Part shown: piece by piece, positions 62,036 through 64,000 of the stretch
How the letters are laid out: every line of letters starts with the position of its first letter
Position numbering within the stretch: position 1 is the first letter of the stretch
Source of the DNA: Macrostomum hystrix
Taxonomy: Eukaryota > Animalia > Platyhelminthes
Reading direction: 5' to 3'
Assembly (NCBI GenBank): GCA_950097015.1
Contig: CATNEN010000038.1
Span: forward strand, 7,502,001 to 7,566,000
Length of the DNA stretch: 64,000 nt
Position numbers and translations under genes: made by a program
The notes under the pieces: generated by a model
The model's input: only the letters and a program-made list of their open reading frames with translations
The model's database searches: none
Told to the model about the DNA's origin: nothing

Positions 62036-63306
62036 ACATTCGTTTTTTATTGCTGAGGGGATAGTATTCACATGTACCTCAGTAGCATTAAGCTGAGTTG
62101 TATCAAACGGAAGTTACTTGGGTTATTTTTGCCCCAATGGGGCTCTTGGTGTACTGACCGAATGTCTCAGAATGTATTCAAGCTCAGCCTGACTATTTTT
62201 GTATTTAGTGAGAATTCTAATTCTCGTTGACTCGCAATAACGTATATTCGCAATCAGGGAAATTATGACTGACGAAATGAGTTTACGTTTTTGTTTGCTT
62301 TCAGGTGTTTTATCCTTCTCCATTGCACAAGATTTTTTTGTCTGACCAGTAGTGCTCCCCGAAGGGGGGCAAAACTTGCTAGTACATACTGTAAATGGTT
62401 GGCCTAAATTCCTTACTTATTGCCTTCAGTCACTTAAAGTGACTTATACATTATACCACACCCCTACTCGGGTGGACTGATACAAACTACGAATAGTTTG
62501 GGTAGCGTGGCTCTTTGTCACGATATTTCTGGCCTTTTGCCAGTAATATTCTAGATATTTAAATCTAGTTATAGTTTCTGGAGACAATACTCTCAGGTGA
62601 TTCAGACAAGTTTTGTCAGGTAATCCAGGCTCTCTGGCCAGTCTGTACTCGGGCTTCCCCGGATCGGTTTTAACGGCTTCCACTTACTTTAGAAATAAGT
62701 AAGGCTTTTTAAGTATGCTCACAAAGAGACTGAACTGTTTAAGCTCCAATTTAATGGCAGACCAAACGGTTAACTCCCTGTATGAAAACCCCTCTGTATT
62801 TATACCAAAGTTTCTAATGAATATTCTCAGTATATTTCAGTAAAGTAAAACAACGTTTATGTATAGATATTCGTAGCATATACAAAAATATTTCGCGCGC
62901 CAATTTAGTTTGGCCAATGAGGGCCCTTTACAACTGCCTCCTCTAAATAAACATTTTGAATGTCGACTCAAGTGAGAAATTTTTAGCACAAAGATGGATA
63001 CAACAATTAGTACATGTAAAACAAGACACAAAGGATTACTAAAACGCACATGCAATAGACAGAATGTTCAGACGCGTAAATATATTGAGCTAGCTGAAAC
63101 TCACACACAGTAAAAGATTATACAGTAAAGCACAATAAATGTTTAAAAATTTCGCATGCAATTTACTCGATATCTCATGCATGCTATCCTGTGATTTGTT
63201 TAATGCTTTCCTTTGAATTATTATGCAAATTTAAAATGTAAATGTAAAAAAGTAATGATTGCTTCCCTGGTCGAAAACGTTAGATTTTAAATAGAATTAT
63301 TTTATT

Positions 63307-63830
63307 TTAAAGCTCAGAGGGGCAGGAAGTAGCCTCAAGCGGAGTGAGGTTGATGGCCTGTAGGTCATTAGTGAAGGTCTTTAAGAGAGTTTCAGTGCGC
63401 GCATGTCCGCGTCGAAAAGGATCGCTTGGCGGATTTAGCACAACGACCGCAAGGGGGTTGGTTTCTCCGCGTCCGTAGCTGCGTAGCACGTGGCCGAGAA
63501 GCCGCTGTCTCCGCGCCCTGAGTATGGAGCTCACCGGCGGGACGCAGGAGCGAGCAGCGAGCGCACGATTTGACAGCCTTTCGGGGTAGCGTACGTCAAG
63601 AGCGAAACGCAGGAAGGCTCTGAAAGTGGCGTCGAGAGCCCGCTTGCGAGATTCCGTGATTGGGAGAGCCTCCAAGCCATAAAGGAATATCGGCTCTACG
63701 GCAGCACGAAACATCCGGATTTTGAGTTGGTCAGGCACGGGCGAGCAGAAGATGGGGCTCAGCTGTCGAGCAGCTGTCCAGGCTTTGCACACGACGATCG
63801 GCGACGATGTCCTCCGGAGAGACCACCAGC
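63307..63830 (-). mobile_element. 5'-truncated non-LTR retrotransposon (RTE-like), post-RT C-terminal coding fragment
   Basis: LKIRMFRAAVEPIFLYGLEAL...FLRFAL...ILRARRQRLLGHVLR is the typical C-terminal region of RTE-type ORFs. Confidence 0.78.
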
Positions 63831-64000
63831 GAGCCGAGATACCAAAAATCCGAGCAGACAGAGTTATCAGTAGCAAAGTTATAGACAGAGTTATAGACAG
63901 AGTTGCGTTGATAGTAGAAAATCGAGAGTACTTACTATTTATACTCGAATCTAATAAAAAGCCTAATAAATTAAATAATAATATACTGGAACTTACATTT

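Larger units (their letters stand above)
58871..62382 (+). mobile_element. Long non-autonomous Helitron carrying two minisatellites; last element of the train
   Basis: 5' TCCACTATACTAAAAATGAAA; 3' gctccccgaaggggggcaaaacttgCTAG followed by flanking T at 62383. Confidence 0.88.

Overview
Eukaryotic genomic DNA, probably from an invertebrate: GC-rich exons, short spliceosomal introns, SINEs. A flatworm such as Macrostomum is a guess, not shown by the sequence. The left half (1-33 kb) holds the 5' end of a Ty3/Gypsy LTR retrotransposon and four spliced host genes: an ankyrin-(pseudo)kinase-apolipoprotein-L fusion with an in-frame TAG, an ankyrin-repeat TRP channel with a TRPM-like pore/TRP box, a Cdc42/Rac-like Rho GTPase, and an atypical G-alpha with degenerate G2/G3 motifs. 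It also holds two tRNA-SINE families, a Helentron-type non-autonomous element and a LINE endonuclease fragment. The right half is a 27-kb uninterrupted head-to-tail train of 19 Helitrons at one A^T site (35372-62382). The train comprises an autonomous STPR/OTU/RepHel element, 16 mostly distinguishable ~330-bp non-autonomous copies and two long satellite-loaded copies, joined CTAG|T(C) with no host DNA between them; a LINE RT fragment follows it. Exon boundaries and unit counts were read by eye and need computational confirmation.
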